Below are positions 1 through 10,347 of a DNA stretch of 52,583 bases, piece by piece. The position numbers and the translations under genes are program-made. Source of the stretch: Aquiluna sp. (GTDB lineage Bacteria > Actinomycetota > Actinomycetes > Actinomycetales > Microbacteriaceae); NCBI GenBank assembly GCA_049457355.1, contig JBMUBK010000001.1:1-52583 (forward strand). Direction: 5' to 3'. The notes under the pieces are model-generated. The model was given only the letters and a program-made list of their open reading frames with translations. It made no database searches and had not been told where the DNA came from. Within the stretch, counting starts at the first letter, position 1; each line of letters begins with the position of its first letter.

Positions 1-1154
1 TAATCGGTGACAAGAAATTTGCTCTCCACCTGCTTCCCTCTGGAATCCTCACCCCTGGCTGTATTCCGGTCATTGGAAACGGCGTGGTTGTTGACCTCGA
101 GGTGCTGTTTAGGGAGATTGACGGGCTAAACGAAAAAGGCGTCGACACCTCAAAGCTTCTAATCTCAGCCAACGCCCACATCATCACTCCATATCACGTG
201 ACCGTGGACAAGGTCTCAGAGCGCTTTTTGGGCAAGCGAGCCATCGGGACCACCGGTCGTGGCATTGGCCCGACCTATGGCGACAAGATTGGTCGCCTTG
301 GAATTAGGGTCCAGGACCTTTTCGACGAGAGCATCCTGACTCAGAAGGTTGAGGGAGCGCTTCACCAAAAGAATGAGCTACTTGTAAAGGTATACAACCG
401 CGCTGCGGTGAAGACCTCGGAGGTTGTGGAGCACCTACTGTCCTTCGCTGACCGACTAAGGCCCATGGTTGCCGACACTTCTCTGGTTCTGAATCAGGCG
501 CTCGATGCTGGCAAGACTGTGCTGCTTGAGGGTGGCCAGGGGACTTTGTTGGATGTTGACCACGGAACCTACCCATTTGTTACCTCCTCAAACCCAATTT
601 CCGGAGGAGCCACAACGGGCAGTGGTATTGGTCCAACCAAGATCTCCGGCGTTATCGGAATTCTCAAGGCCTACACCACGAGGGTTGGAGCAGGCCCCTT
701 CCCCACTGAGCTGTTTGACGAGTGGGGAGAGTATCTGCGCAAGCAGGGTGGCGAGGTTGGAACCACCACCGGCAGGGAACGTCGCTGCGGTTGGTTTGAT
801 GCTCCGATCGCCCGCTATGCAACGAGAATCAATGGCCTCACGGACATATTCCTTACCAAGCTGGATGTCCTTAGTGGCATCAAAGAGATTCCAGTATGTG
901 TTGCCTATGAAGTTGACGGGCAGCGGGTTGAAGAGATTCCGGTATCCCAGACCGACTTCCACCACGCCAAGCCAATCTATGAAATGTTCCCGGGCTGGGA
1001 CGAAGACATCACCGGTGTTACAAGTTTCGAAGAGCTCCCCAAGAATGCCCAGGACTATGTTTTGGCTCTGGAAAAGATGAGCGGGACGAGAATTTCAGCA
1101 ATCGGTGTTGGACCGGATAGAAACGCCACTCTTGTCCGACACGAAATGCTCTAG
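1..1154 (+). CDS. purA: Adenylosuccinate synthetase (5'-truncated by window edge)
   Basis: Frame open from nt 3 ([14 protein letters not shown]...). Motifs [29 protein letters not shown] and [11 protein letters not shown]. Confidence 0.98.
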   Translation, partial: IGDKKFALHLLPSGILTPGCIPVIGNGVVVDLEVLFREIDGLNEKGVDTSKLLISANAHIITPYHVTVDKVSERFLGKRAIGTTGRGIGPTYGDKIGRLGIRVQDLFDESILTQKVEGALHQKNELLVKVYNRAAVKTSEVVEHLLSFADRLRPMVADTSLVLNQALDAGKTVLLEGGQGTLLDVDHGTYPFVTSSNPISGGATTGSGIGPTKISGVIGILKAYTTRVGAGPFPTELFDEWGEYLRKQGGEVGTTTGRERRCGWFDAPIARYATRINGLTDIFLTKLDVLSGIKEIPVCVAYEVDGQRVEEIPVSQTDFHHAKPIYEMFPGWDEDITGVTSFEELPKNAQDYVLALEKMSGTRISAIGVGPDRNATLVRHEML

Positions 1155-1193
1155 CAGCACATTCGTCAAGCTGTCTCCAGGGAGAATAGCCAG

Positions 1194-1763
1194 ATGAGCG
1201 AAGCCAAGCCTGAGGAACTCGAGGGCATCCCCTACCCGGATGAAGCCTTCAACACCTGGGGTGCTGCTGCGGTTGGTATCGACCCGCTCGCGGCTAGTTT
1301 CACTTCACTCCCGTATCAGCCCGTTAGACCTCACGTTCCGTTCTACCGATTTGTTTCCTATCCCGACATCCTGGACCTTCGAAAAGCGGGCTATGAAATG
1401 GATAGGTTCATTCCGCTTTTCGACCGGCTAGAGGATATTCGGTATCGGGAAGCTCTTCAGCTGAGCCAAATGCTTCACCATCCAAACCCTATGCTGCCCT
1501 GGAACCCCAGGAGAGCAAGAGAGTTGGAGATGGACGTCAGAAGCCAGTTGCATGAGCATGGCCTAGGAGATCTCCCGACACTGCTCAGAAGATTCTTGGG
1601 TAAGGCTTTTCCTGGCGACACCATCAGCTATCTCAGTATTGATCTTGTGAATGTGTTCTTTTGGGCAGCCATCGCAGAGCTTGCGGATGATCTTGCCTGG
1701 AAGAGCCCCAACCTCTCCTGGCAGGCTGAGTATCTTCGGTTTCCGCTTAGGGCAATCAGCTAG
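1194..1763 (+). CDS. Hypothetical protein, 189 aa
   Basis: Fills the gap between purA and the channel gene, with GGAG upstream of ATG. No family recognised. Confidence 0.7.
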   Translation: MSEAKPEELEGIPYPDEAFNTWGAAAVGIDPLAASFTSLPYQPVRPHVPFYRFVSYPDILDLRKAGYEMDRFIPLFDRLEDIRYREALQLSQMLHHPNPMLPWNPRRARELEMDVRSQLHEHGLGDLPTLLRRFLGKAFPGDTISYLSIDLVNVFFWAAIAELADDLAWKSPNLSWQAEYLRFPLRAIS

Positions 1764-1810
1764 GGAGCAGCACACTCTCAATAGACTCGGGATGTTGGAT
1801 AGGAGTCAAA

Positions 1811-2467
1811 TTGAATTCAGTTCGCGATGCCCTCGGCAGGCTATTTCATCGAGTCGAATTCCTCTACATGGTTCTGGGCTTCGCCTATTTGGGCATTTAC
1901 TCGGTCCAGGTATTGGTGGAACCTCCGGCTGATATCTACGCCTCACTTGAGCTATTGGCAGAGGTTATCTTCTGGATATTCGCAGTTGATGTTGTATTGC
2001 GTCTTATTCATGCTGGACGGGACCTACTTACCTGGAAAGGCCTGCTCGGTTTTTTGAAAGAGAACTGGCTGGCTCTTATGGCGCTCCTTCTGCCCGCATT
2101 TAGGAGCCTCAGGGTGCTCAGGGTGATTGTGGTTCTCAGGGGCCTGGAGCCTTATCTAAACACTCGGTCCTCGCGAGTTGGGATGATCGTTGGAGTCACG
2201 TTTCCCCTGATTCTTTACACAGCAGCACTATCCATCTATGAAGCTGAGCGCTATGCAGACGGCTCCAATATTCAGTCCTTCGGGGATGCAGTTTGGTGGT
2301 CAATCGCTTCGGTAACGACAGTTGGTTATGGGGATAAGTTCCCCGTCACCGCAGACGGAAGAGTTATAGCGACATTTTTGATGGTTATTGGCATTGGGCT
2401 CTTCTCCGCCCTCACCGCGCTGTTAGCTGCCTGGGTAATGGGGGATAGAAAAAAGGAAGAGAGTTAG
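1811..2467 (+). CDS. Potassium channel, voltage-sensor-type ion transporter
   Basis: Selectivity filter TTVGYGD, S4-like FRSLRVLRVIVVLR, and AGGAG upstream of TTG. Confidence 0.93.
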   Translation: MNSVRDALGRLFHRVEFLYMVLGFAYLGIYSVQVLVEPPADIYASLELLAEVIFWIFAVDVVLRLIHAGRDLLTWKGLLGFLKENWLALMALLLPAFRSLRVLRVIVVLRGLEPYLNTRSSRVGMIVGVTFPLILYTAALSIYEAERYADGSNIQSFGDAVWWSIASVTTVGYGDKFPVTADGRVIATFLMVIGIGLFSALTALLAAWVMGDRKKEES

Positions 2468-2476
2468 GCTGGAAAC

Positions 2477-2833
2477 ATGAGTGAATGGACAGTAAAAGTA
2501 CCCGGCAATGACCACCAGCTGACAATGGAGGAGCTCAAACTCTGGGCTGCTAGCGGCAAGGTCAAGGGAGACACGATTGTTGTGGACTCTAAGGGAGAGC
2601 ACTGGACCGCTAAACAGGTGCCTGGGCTTTTCTCAAAGCGAGACTGGTTGATTGCCCTAATTCTTTCGGTGCTGGTGGGCACGCTTGGAGTCGACAGGTT
2701 CTACCTGGGCAAGATTGGCACGGGAATCCTAAAGCTGATTACCTTTGGCGGCCTTGGTATTTGGACGATTATCGACATAGTTCTAATTGCCATTAAGCGC
2801 CTTGACGACAAAGAGGGCATGAAGCTCGCCTAG
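2477..2833 (+). CDS. TM2-domain membrane protein with small N-terminal GYF-like domain
   Basis: TM2 signature [31 protein letters not shown]. Confidence 0.9.
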   Translation: MSEWTVKVPGNDHQLTMEELKLWAASGKVKGDTIVVDSKGEHWTAKQVPGLFSKRDWLIALILSVLVGTLGVDRFYLGKIGTGILKLITFGGLGIWTIIDIVLIAIKRLDDKEGMKLA

Positions 2834-3213
2834 CAAAAAGGTATCAATATCCTCTTCAGAGCAGGTAGGTCGGGCTCTGCCCAGTCCAACCTGCTGAGCT
2901 GGTTCTCTGGCACCCAGCGAAGCTCGCTGTGGTCGGTGGATTGGGTTGGCTTTTCGCCAGTTAGCTCTGCCACGAAGCAAACCAGGTCAATCTCCCCCGT
3001 AGCGGTCCTATCGAACTGCCTAAGAACCCTGATTTGAACTCCAAGCTCTTCGTAAATCTCACGGACTAGAGCATCTTCTAGAGCTTCGCTTGTCTCTGGC
3101 TTGCCGCCTGGAAACTCCCACTTACCGGCTGCTTGTTTGTGGGGGGCTCTTTTGCAGGCAAGATACTGGCCAGCGTCGTCTTGAATAATGGCTGCTACGA
3201 CGACGGTGGGCAT
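2830..3213 (-). CDS. NUDIX hydrolase (MutT/NudG-like)
   Basis: Nudix box [27 protein letters not shown]. Confidence 0.93.
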   Translation of the reverse strand: MPTVVVAAIIQDDAGQYLACKRAPHKQAAGKWEFPGGKPETSEALEDALVREIYEELGVQIRVLRQFDRTATGEIDLVCFVAELTGEKPTQSTDHSELRWVPENQLSRLDWAEPDLPALKRILIPFC

Positions 3214-3222
3214 GGGCCCAGA

Positions 3223-3705
3223 CTAGCTCGGTAGGTTTGCTTCGATTGCCTCGATGATTTCCGGAGCGTCGGGCTTTACCTTTGGCCTGAACCGTAGGAC
3301 GTTGCCATTTGGGGTAATAAGGAACTTCTCAAAGTTCCACATCACCGGCCCTGCAAGACCTTTAGAGTCCTTGACCTTGGTGAGGTGCTTGTATAGGTCA
3401 TGGCGCTTTCTTCCATTGACTTCAGACTTCTCGGTCATCGGGAAGGTTATGCCCCAGGTTGTTGAGCAGTACTCGCTGATGGCCTCGTCGCTTTTCAGCT
3501 CTTGCTTGAAGCTTCCCGATGGCACTCCCAGAACAGTAAAGCCGCGGTCTTGGTACTTCTTTTGGAGATTCTCAAGTGCCTCATACTGTGGGGTCAGGCC
3601 GCAGCGAGATGCGACGTTAACGACCATCACGAGCTTTCCGGCAAACTCAGCGGTTGAGCGAGTCGAGCCATCCTGCATGGTCAGTTCAATGTTTGTTTCA
3701 AGCAT
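3223..3705 (-). CDS. Glutathione peroxidase family peroxidase (Cys-type)
   Basis: NVASRCGLTPQY and WNFEKFLI motifs. Confidence 0.95.
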   Translation of the reverse strand: MLETNIELTMQDGSTRSTAEFAGKLVMVVNVASRCGLTPQYEALENLQKKYQDRGFTVLGVPSGSFKQELKSDEAISEYCSTTWGITFPMTEKSEVNGRKRHDLYKHLTKVKDSKGLAGPVMWNFEKFLITPNGNVLRFRPKVKPDAPEIIEAIEANLPS

Positions 3706-3713
3706 GAGATGTG

Positions 3714-3740
3714 CAACACATCTCAGGGCACTGCAATTCC
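3714..3740 (-). promoter_or_regulatory. ECF sigma (SigH/SigR-type) promoter of the peroxidase gene
   Basis: Minus strand GGAAT-N18-GTTG, then 8 nt to ATG. Matches the actinobacterial SigR/SigH consensus. Confidence 0.7.
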
Positions 3741-4393
3741 TAAGCGGACACTCGTTCTAACAGCTTGGTGGTGGCGATTCGGATTCCCGAGACAACAAAC
3801 CCGAGGACTATGAACGCCGAGGCGATTATCAAGATGTAAGTGATCATGCCGCTGACTCCAATTTCACTATTGGGGTTAATGAACCAGTAAGGCCACCAGT
3901 TGTCCATCAGGCCCCGAATAACGCTGAAGGTTAGCCAGACCAGTGGGTAGACAATAACCCAGAGCGCTTTGCGCCATTTCGGAACACTTCCCCGTAACGA
4001 GATCAGGTAGTCAATCGCCACAGCAATTGGAGCCCAGGTGTGGATTACGAGGTTAGGAATCACCGGCCACTCATAGCCGTAGTCAGCTGGGTCCACCGCA
4101 CTGTCCCCGAGAAGGGCGTGATAGACCACCCCAACGATGATCATGCTCACCGTTGCCACAAGCCTTATCGTCTGCATTCGCTCAGTTTCCTGTTTGCCAC
4201 TGAGCAAGACCCATGCCCCAACCAGGCCAATTACGCCAGCGAAGATCGAGCTGTCGATTGAGAAAAACACAAAGTATTCGGTAGGCCGAAAGCGGTCGGC
4301 GACTATTCGGTTGATTATCTGCCAAGCAACACTGCCAAGCAGGGAGACTCCGATTGCAAGCCGAAAAAGACCTAGGCCATAGCGATAAATCAT
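3740..4393 (-). CDS. Pr6Pr / FAR-17a-AIG1-like integral membrane protein
   Basis: About six hydrophobic segments, with VGVVYHALL, HTWAP and WWPYWFINP motifs. Confidence 0.8.
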   Translation of the reverse strand: MIYRYGLGLFRLAIGVSLLGSVAWQIINRIVADRFRPTEYFVFFSIDSSIFAGVIGLVGAWVLLSGKQETERMQTIRLVATVSMIIVGVVYHALLGDSAVDPADYGYEWPVIPNLVIHTWAPIAVAIDYLISLRGSVPKWRKALWVIVYPLVWLTFSVIRGLMDNWWPYWFINPNSEIGVSGMITYILIIASAFIVLGFVVSGIRIATTKLLERVSA

Positions 4394-4395
4394 GA

Positions 4396-5367
4396 CTAAG
4401 AACCTAGCGTCTCGAGGATGAATTTACGGACAGCGCCTGCGAACTCCTCAGGCTTTTCTTCATTGGGAAGGTGTCCTGTTTCAGGGATGATTACTAGCTG
4501 GGCATTGGCCAAGAGCCCCTCGATCTCCACCGATCTCTCGGTTTCTACGACGACATCCGTGTCGCCGGTAATTACGAGGGTGGGCAGCTGAATTTCTGTG
4601 AAACGTTCCGAAATCTCAGGATCCCGAGGTGCCTTGTTGAACTCCCAGAAGGCCCTCTCCCAGCCTGCAATGTTGAGCGGTGCCGTGTAGCCGGCAAGGA
4701 CCTCCTCGGTGACCTGGGTTTCATCAAAGTAGCTTGCATAAATGAGGTCTAAACCACTAGTTGCAATGGTCGAAACCAGCAGGGGACCTATGTGGTCGAG
4801 CTGAGGAATATCGAATATCCAGTTGAAGATATTCCCACCACCACCTCCGAGGCCAATGGCAGGCGCGAACAGAATTACGCCAGTTAGCTTCTCCTGGTTA
4901 TCGACTGCATAGCTGGCCGCGATGCTGCCTCCGGCCGAGTGTCCAAGTAAGAACACATTCTTGCCAGTGCCGTATTTGGTCACGATATCGTCAATCACCT
5001 CAAGTTGCCCTGGGGTCCCGTAGGGGTTTACCTCCCAGTCAGTCGGACGCTCTGTGAAGCCAAAGGCTGCCCTGTCGTAGGCGATGACATGGGCAACCTC
5101 GCCAAGGATTTCTAGGTTGTCCTTATAAGAAAAGGAGCTTGCCCCAAAGCCGTGCATGAGTATCAAAAGAGTGTCGCTGTTTGGATCTCCCGCCTCGACA
5201 AGGTGAACTTCGTGAGAGCCCAGAGTCACAAACTGTGACTTGTTCCCCCAAACCTCCCTAGCTGCCTCTTCCTTGGAGAGTGTGCCCGAGGTATTCACTG
5301 GAATCAGGAAGGGAACAACAAGTAAAGCTCCCAGCAGCACAAGCAAAAAGATGCGCAATTTTTTCAC
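4396..5367 (-). CDS. Membrane-anchored alpha/beta hydrolase
   Basis: HGFG, nucleophile GHSAGG, GDTD and GHLPNEE motifs, plus an N-terminal hydrophobic anchor. Confidence 0.92.
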   Translation of the reverse strand: MKKLRIFLLVLLGALLVVPFLIPVNTSGTLSKEEAAREVWGNKSQFVTLGSHEVHLVEAGDPNSDTLLILMHGFGASSFSYKDNLEILGEVAHVIAYDRAAFGFTERPTDWEVNPYGTPGQLEVIDDIVTKYGTGKNVFLLGHSAGGSIAASYAVDNQEKLTGVILFAPAIGLGGGGGNIFNWIFDIPQLDHIGPLLVSTIATSGLDLIYASYFDETQVTEEVLAGYTAPLNIAGWERAFWEFNKAPRDPEISERFTEIQLPTLVITGDTDVVVETERSVEIEGLLANAQLVIIPETGHLPNEEKPEEFAGAVRKFILETLGS

Positions 5368-5375
5368 GATTTCAT

Positions 5376-5402
5376 CAACCTCGAATCTAATGTTTTGGTT
5401 CC
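5376..5402 (-). promoter_or_regulatory. ECF sigma (SigH/SigE-type) promoter of the hydrolase operon
   Basis: Minus strand GGAAC-N18-GTTG, then 8 nt to GTG. Same geometry as 3714-3740. Confidence 0.6.
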
Positions 5403-5431
5403 CTTAGGCTGGACGGGATCGAAGGAGATAA

Positions 5432-6475
5432 ATGTCAACCGCCAAAGCAATCCTCACACCCGCCCCCGGAGCAAAATTCGAGAAGGGTGAGGTTCCGACT
5501 AGGCCTCTCGGGCCAGAGATGGTAGCGATTGACATCAAGTTCTCGGGCATCTGCCACAGCGACATTCATCAAGCCAGAGACGAGTGGTTTGAGGGCACCT
5601 ACCCGATGGTTCCAGGTCACGAGATTGTCGGGCTGGTTACTGCCGTTGGAGAAAACGTTTCAAAGTTCGCAGTTGGCGACCGTGTTGGTGTTGGCACCTT
5701 TGTCGACTCCTGCCGTACCTGCGAGCCATGTTCTACGGGCAACGAGAACTTCTGCCGCACCGGCAACGTTCAGACCTACAACGGCCACCACTATGACGGA
5801 GAGCCCAGCTACGGCGGCTACGCAAACGCCATAGTTGTTGACCAGAACTATGTGTTGCGTGTGCCGGAGAACCTTGACTTTGCTGCAAGCGCTCCTCTTC
5901 TTTGCGCCGGCGTCACCGTCTACACACCCTTGAAGCACTGGAAAGCCGGCCCAGGCATGAGGGTTGGCGTCATGGGTCTTGGCGGCCTTGGACACCTGGC
6001 GGTCAAGCTAGCTGTTGCAATGGGTGCCGAGGTCTACGTTCTTGGCAGGTCAGCTTCTAAGGCAGAAGATGCCAAGAAGATGGGCGCCCAGGACTACTTG
6101 ATTACCTCCGAGATCTACGAATCTCACAAAAACTTTTTCCACCTGCTCCTGAACACCACAAGCGCGGATCTTGACCTTGACCCACTGCTTGGAACTCTCA
6201 AGGTTGGCGGCACGCTTGTTTATCTTGGGCTTTCGGGAAACCCGCAAAGCTTTAACGCTGGTGGTTTAGTCACCAGCTTGCGATCGATTGCAGGAATCAA
6301 CACCGGCAACATTGCCGACACTCAAGAGATGCTCGATCTTTGTGGGGAGAAGAACATCGTGAGCGACATTGAGCTCTTGGATGCCAGTGAAGCGTCTGCA
6401 GTCGACGTTGCCTACGAGCGCGTTGTGAACGCCGATGTTCGGTATCGATTTGTAATTGATGCTTCAACTATCTAG
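5432..6475 (+). CDS. Zn-dependent NADP alcohol dehydrogenase (CAD/Ahr-like)
   Basis: GICHSD, PGHEIVG, structural Zn CRTCEPC..C and GLGGLG motifs, with an AAGGAG RBS. Confidence 0.95.
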   Translation: MSTAKAILTPAPGAKFEKGEVPTRPLGPEMVAIDIKFSGICHSDIHQARDEWFEGTYPMVPGHEIVGLVTAVGENVSKFAVGDRVGVGTFVDSCRTCEPCSTGNENFCRTGNVQTYNGHHYDGEPSYGGYANAIVVDQNYVLRVPENLDFAASAPLLCAGVTVYTPLKHWKAGPGMRVGVMGLGGLGHLAVKLAVAMGAEVYVLGRSASKAEDAKKMGAQDYLITSEIYESHKNFFHLLLNTTSADLDLDPLLGTLKVGGTLVYLGLSGNPQSFNAGGLVTSLRSIAGINTGNIADTQEMLDLCGEKNIVSDIELLDASEASAVDVAYERVVNADVRYRFVIDASTI

Positions 6476-6484
6476 AGGAGTGAG

Positions 6485-7441
6485 ATGAAAACGAGAAAGC
6501 TCGGATCGAGAGAAGTATCCGCAATAGGCATTGGCTGCATGAATGTCTCCTGGATTTGGTCAAATGGTGCTGCGCTAGACCCCAAGCGCCGCGTTGAAGA
6601 GGCGATTCCTGCAATCCACGCGGGTCTAGACGCTGGCATCACGCTCTTGGACACCGCAGACATCTACGCCCCCACCTGGGATGCCATGGGTCACAACGAA
6701 GAGTTTGTGGCTGAGGCCCTAAGGACCTGGAGCGGTTCTTCGGAGCAGAAGGACAAGGTTGTCATCGCCACCAAGGGCGGTATCACCCGAGGCGAGGGTG
6801 AGGTTTGGGGTCGGAACGGCAGCCTTGACTACCTGCTAGCAGCCACTGAGAGGTCAATGAAGGCGCTTGGTGTGGACAAGATTGACCTTTGGCAGCACCA
6901 CAGGCTAGATCCAAGCATTGACTTCGAGACTCAGTTCGAAAATGTCCTTGAGCTAAAGATTCGTGGACTCGTAGACCAGATTGGTGTCTCCAACTACGAC
7001 GCTAATCAGCTGAAGATAGCCCTAGACATCGCAGGCACTCCCGCGGAGGGAGGCGTGGTGTCTATTCAGAACGAGTTCTCTCCTCGCTACCGCTATGACC
7101 TAGATGTTCTTGAGGTCTGCGAGGAGCACGAAATCACCTTCTTGCCATGGTCTCCGCTTGGGGGAGTGAGGACCAAGAGCGAGATCCAGTCGAGCTCGGC
7201 GTTTGAAGAGGTATCAGCAAAGCTTGGGGTGAGTCCATTTGCTCTAGCCCTGGCCTGGGAGATGCGCTATTCGAGCGCGGTCCTTCCAATTCCCGGAGCC
7301 ACCAGAGCCGAGAGCGTGCTGGATTGTGTAGCAGCGGTAGACATTAAGCTCAGCGATGAGGACTTCCACTACTTGAGCAGTCACCTTCCCGAGCAGGCAG
7401 AGTATTCGTCGGAGCTAACTCCGAAGCCGGAGTATCGCTAG
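6485..7441 (+). CDS. Aldo/keto reductase
   Basis: IGIGCM, LDTADIY, IATKGG, IGVSN, WSPLGG and PIPGA motifs. Confidence 0.95.
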   Translation: MKTRKLGSREVSAIGIGCMNVSWIWSNGAALDPKRRVEEAIPAIHAGLDAGITLLDTADIYAPTWDAMGHNEEFVAEALRTWSGSSEQKDKVVIATKGGITRGEGEVWGRNGSLDYLLAATERSMKALGVDKIDLWQHHRLDPSIDFETQFENVLELKIRGLVDQIGVSNYDANQLKIALDIAGTPAEGGVVSIQNEFSPRYRYDLDVLEVCEEHEITFLPWSPLGGVRTKSEIQSSSAFEEVSAKLGVSPFALALAWEMRYSSAVLPIPGATRAESVLDCVAAVDIKLSDEDFHYLSSHLPEQAEYSSELTPKPEYR

Positions 7442-8346
7442 CCAACCTCTTGCAGGCGTTTTCCCCGGGTGTGATGGGGCTTGCAGTCTAAGTTTGCTGG
7501 GTCTGCAAAGCAGTCATCGCAAATCAGCACCAAGTCTCTGCAGGCAAGGTTCGAGCAGTTTCTAAAGGCTGAGGTTGGGCCTTCGCAGCTCTCACACTCA
7601 CCGATGGTCTTTGCATCTTTGGAAAAGTTCACGTTCATGCGGCTATCGAAGACATACAGTGAGCCCTCCCACAGACCCTTGTCGCGATAGCGCTCGCCAT
7701 AGCGAACGATGCCACCTTCAATTTGGTAGACCTCATTGAAACCTCGGTTTATCATCACGGCACTAAGAATCTCGCAGCGAATACCGCCGGTGCAGTAGGT
7801 GACTATTGGTTTGTCCTTCAGGTGGTCATACTTGCCACTCTCAAGTTCAGCAATAAAGTCATGAGTGGTTTGCACGTCTGGAACGACGGCGTTCTTGAAC
7901 TTTCCAATCTTTGCCTCAAAAGCATTTCGGCCATCGAAGAAGACCACGTCGTCCCCGCGTTCCTCAACAAGCTGGTTCACCTGCGCGGGCTTGAGGTGCT
8001 TGCCACCGTTTTGGATGCCGGATTTCTCGACGACAATCTCATCCGGGGTTGTGAACGCAACCAGCTCCTTGCGCACCTTGACACTGAGCTTGGGGAAGTC
8101 GTTGCCGGTGCCGTCCGACCACTTAAAGTCGGTCTTTCCGAATCCCGGGTACTCCCTAGTGGCCTTCACGTACTTCTTGAGATCATCCATGTCGCCACCA
8201 AGGGTTCCGTTGATTCCGTGCTTGGAGATCAGGATCCGTCCCTTGAGATTCAATGACTGGCAGAGCGTGCGCTGCCAGAGCATCACGGCCTTCGGGTCGC
8301 TCACCGGCGCAAAGGCGTAGTAGAGGATGATTTTGTTTACTGCCAC
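7438..8346 (-). CDS. trhO: Rhodanese-domain tRNA U34 hydroxylase (TrhO/YceA family)
   Basis: [34 protein letters not shown] and a C-terminal Cys cluster. Confidence 0.88.
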   Translation of the reverse strand: MAVNKIILYYAFAPVSDPKAVMLWQRTLCQSLNLKGRILISKHGINGTLGGDMDDLKKYVKATREYPGFGKTDFKWSDGTGNDFPKLSVKVRKELVAFTTPDEIVVEKSGIQNGGKHLKPAQVNQLVEERGDDVVFFDGRNAFEAKIGKFKNAVVPDVQTTHDFIAELESGKYDHLKDKPIVTYCTGGIRCEILSAVMINRGFNEVYQIEGGIVRYGERYRDKGLWEGSLYVFDSRMNVNFSKDAKTIGECESCEGPTSAFRNCSNLACRDLVLICDDCFADPANLDCKPHHTRGKRLQEVG

Positions 8347-8388
8347 AACCCAAGTTTAGCTTTCAGAAGTTTGCTTAGACTAGGGGCT

Positions 8389-10347
8389 ATGCCAATGAAG
8401 CCAGGGCTTGAGAAAGCCGCATTTAAAGAATCAGTTAGACCACAAGACGACCTATTTCGCCATGTAAATGGCAAATGGTTGGACGAGACCGAGATACCGG
8501 AAGACAAAGCCATCCACGGCAGTTTCTACATGCTCGCGGACGACTCAGAGCTCGCTGTCAAGGAAATACTTGAGGAGGCAAGCAAGAATCCCGCTGCTGG
8601 GGTAAGTCAACAGATCGGCGATCTTTACGCATGCTTCATGGACGAGGAGCACATTGAGTCAATGGGCGCCAAACCTCTTGAGCCAGAGCTAGCTCGTGTG
8701 GACGCAGTCGCAACTATCGCGGATTTGTTCCGCCTCATCGGAGAGCTTGAGAGCGAGGGGGTCGGAGGTTTTTGGGGCTCCTACGTCGACAATGACCCAG
8801 GTAACCCTGATCGCTATCTGCTGCACTTCTATCAAGGTGGCCTTGGGCTTCCCGATCGCGACTACTACTTTGACGAGAAGTACGAGGACATCCGCAAGGA
8901 CTACCTGCCGCATTTAGAGAAGATGCTGTCGTTGGCTAACGTTACCGATGCCGCAGCCAGAGCGAAGAGCATTTACGAGCTGGAGACAAAGATTGCCCAG
9001 CTGCACTGGAACCGTGTTGACTCGCGTGACGCGGAGAAAACTTACAATCTCCATTCCTTGCAGGATTTGAAGGCTCTGGCATCTGGTATTCCATGGGACG
9101 AATACATCGCGGCCCTTGGAAAGGGAGAATCATTACTGGAATGGAATGTAGTGATGATGCCCTCCTTCTTCGAAGGTTTTGCGAAGCTCGCCTCGGAGGA
9201 AAACCTTGAGGCCATGAAGGATGCGCTGCGCATGGATCTCATTCGCGGCTATGCGCCCTACCTATCCAAGGACTTGGTCGCCGAGCGGTTCGAGTTCTAT
9301 GGCAAGAAGCTGACCGGTGCTCCTATGAATCGTCCGCGTTGGAAGCGAGCAGTCTCTTTGGTCGAGGGCAGCCTGGGAGAGGCAATCGGGCAAATCTATG
9401 TCGAGAAGCATTTCCCTCCTGAGGCGAAGCAGCAAATGGATGCACTCGTTGACTACTTGATTCAGGCCTATGAGCAGAGCATTAGGGCATTGGACTGGAT
9501 GACCGACGAGACCAAGGAAAAGGCGCTTACGAAGCTATCCAAGTTCACTCCAAAGATCGGATACCCGGTTAAGTGGAAGGACTACAGCTCCATCAAGATC
9601 TCCAGAGATCAATTGATTGAAAACGTCAAGGCAGTCTCTCGGTGGGAGTTTGACTATCACGCCGGCAAGATCGGCTCGCCAATTGATCGTGACGAGTGGC
9701 ACATGACACCGCAGACGGTCAACGCTTATTACAACCCGGGCCTCAACGAGATTGTCTTCCCGGCTGCCATTCTCCAGCCACCGTTCTTCTCACCAGATGC
9801 AGACGCGGCCGAGAATTTCGGAGGAATTGGAGCAGTCATTGGCCATGAGATCGGCCACGGATTCGATGACCAGGGTTCGAAGTATGACGGTGATGGACGT
9901 CTGGTTTCATGGTGGACTGAGGATGACCGGAAGGCATTTGAGGCTAGGACCAAGTCGCTCATTGATCAGTTCTCCGCCCTAACCCCGGCGCAGCTAGATG
10001 AGAAGTACAAGGTCAATGGCGAGCTAACCATCGGAGAGAACATTGGTGATCTCGGTGGTCTAGGCATCGCCTGGAAGGCCTACCTAATCTCACTCGATGG
10101 CCAGGAGCCGCCGGTGATTGATGGACTGACCGCAGCACAGAGGTTCCTGATGAGCTGGGCGCAGTGCTGGCGCAATAAGGGTCGTGACGAGATTACGATT
10201 CAGCGCCTCGCTGTTGACCCTCACTCTCCACCAGAGTTCAGGGCAAACCAGGTGGTTAAGAATCTTGACATCTATCACGAGGCCTTTGAGGTTTCAGAGG
10301 AAGATGAGATGTGGCTAGCTAAGGATGACCGAGTGGTGATCTGGTGA
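8389..10347 (+). CDS. pepO: M13 family zinc metallopeptidase (PepO/neprilysin-like)
   Basis: VNAYY, HEIGH, GENIGD and DPHSP motifs. Start moved to ATG 8389, 7 nt after a TAGACT -10 box. Confidence 0.93.
   Translation: MPMKPGLEKAAFKESVRPQDDLFRHVNGKWLDETEIPEDKAIHGSFYMLADDSELAVKEILEEASKNPAAGVSQQIGDLYACFMDEEHIESMGAKPLEPELARVDAVATIADLFRLIGELESEGVGGFWGSYVDNDPGNPDRYLLHFYQGGLGLPDRDYYFDEKYEDIRKDYLPHLEKMLSLANVTDAAARAKSIYELETKIAQLHWNRVDSRDAEKTYNLHSLQDLKALASGIPWDEYIAALGKGESLLEWNVVMMPSFFEGFAKLASEENLEAMKDALRMDLIRGYAPYLSKDLVAERFEFYGKKLTGAPMNRPRWKRAVSLVEGSLGEAIGQIYVEKHFPPEAKQQMDALVDYLIQAYEQSIRALDWMTDETKEKALTKLSKFTPKIGYPVKWKDYSSIKISRDQLIENVKAVSRWEFDYHAGKIGSPIDRDEWHMTPQTVNAYYNPGLNEIVFPAAILQPPFFSPDADAAENFGGIGAVIGHEIGHGFDDQGSKYDGDGRLVSWWTEDDRKAFEARTKSLIDQFSALTPAQLDEKYKVNGELTIGENIGDLGGLGIAWKAYLISLDGQEPPVIDGLTAAQRFLMSWAQCWRNKGRDEITIQRLAVDPHSPPEFRANQVVKNLDIYHEAFEVSEEDEMWLAKDDRVVIW

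Noticed and set aside
3223-3705. Selenocysteine in the glutathione peroxidase
   Set aside because: The active-site codon is Cys (TGC) and there is no in-frame TGA.
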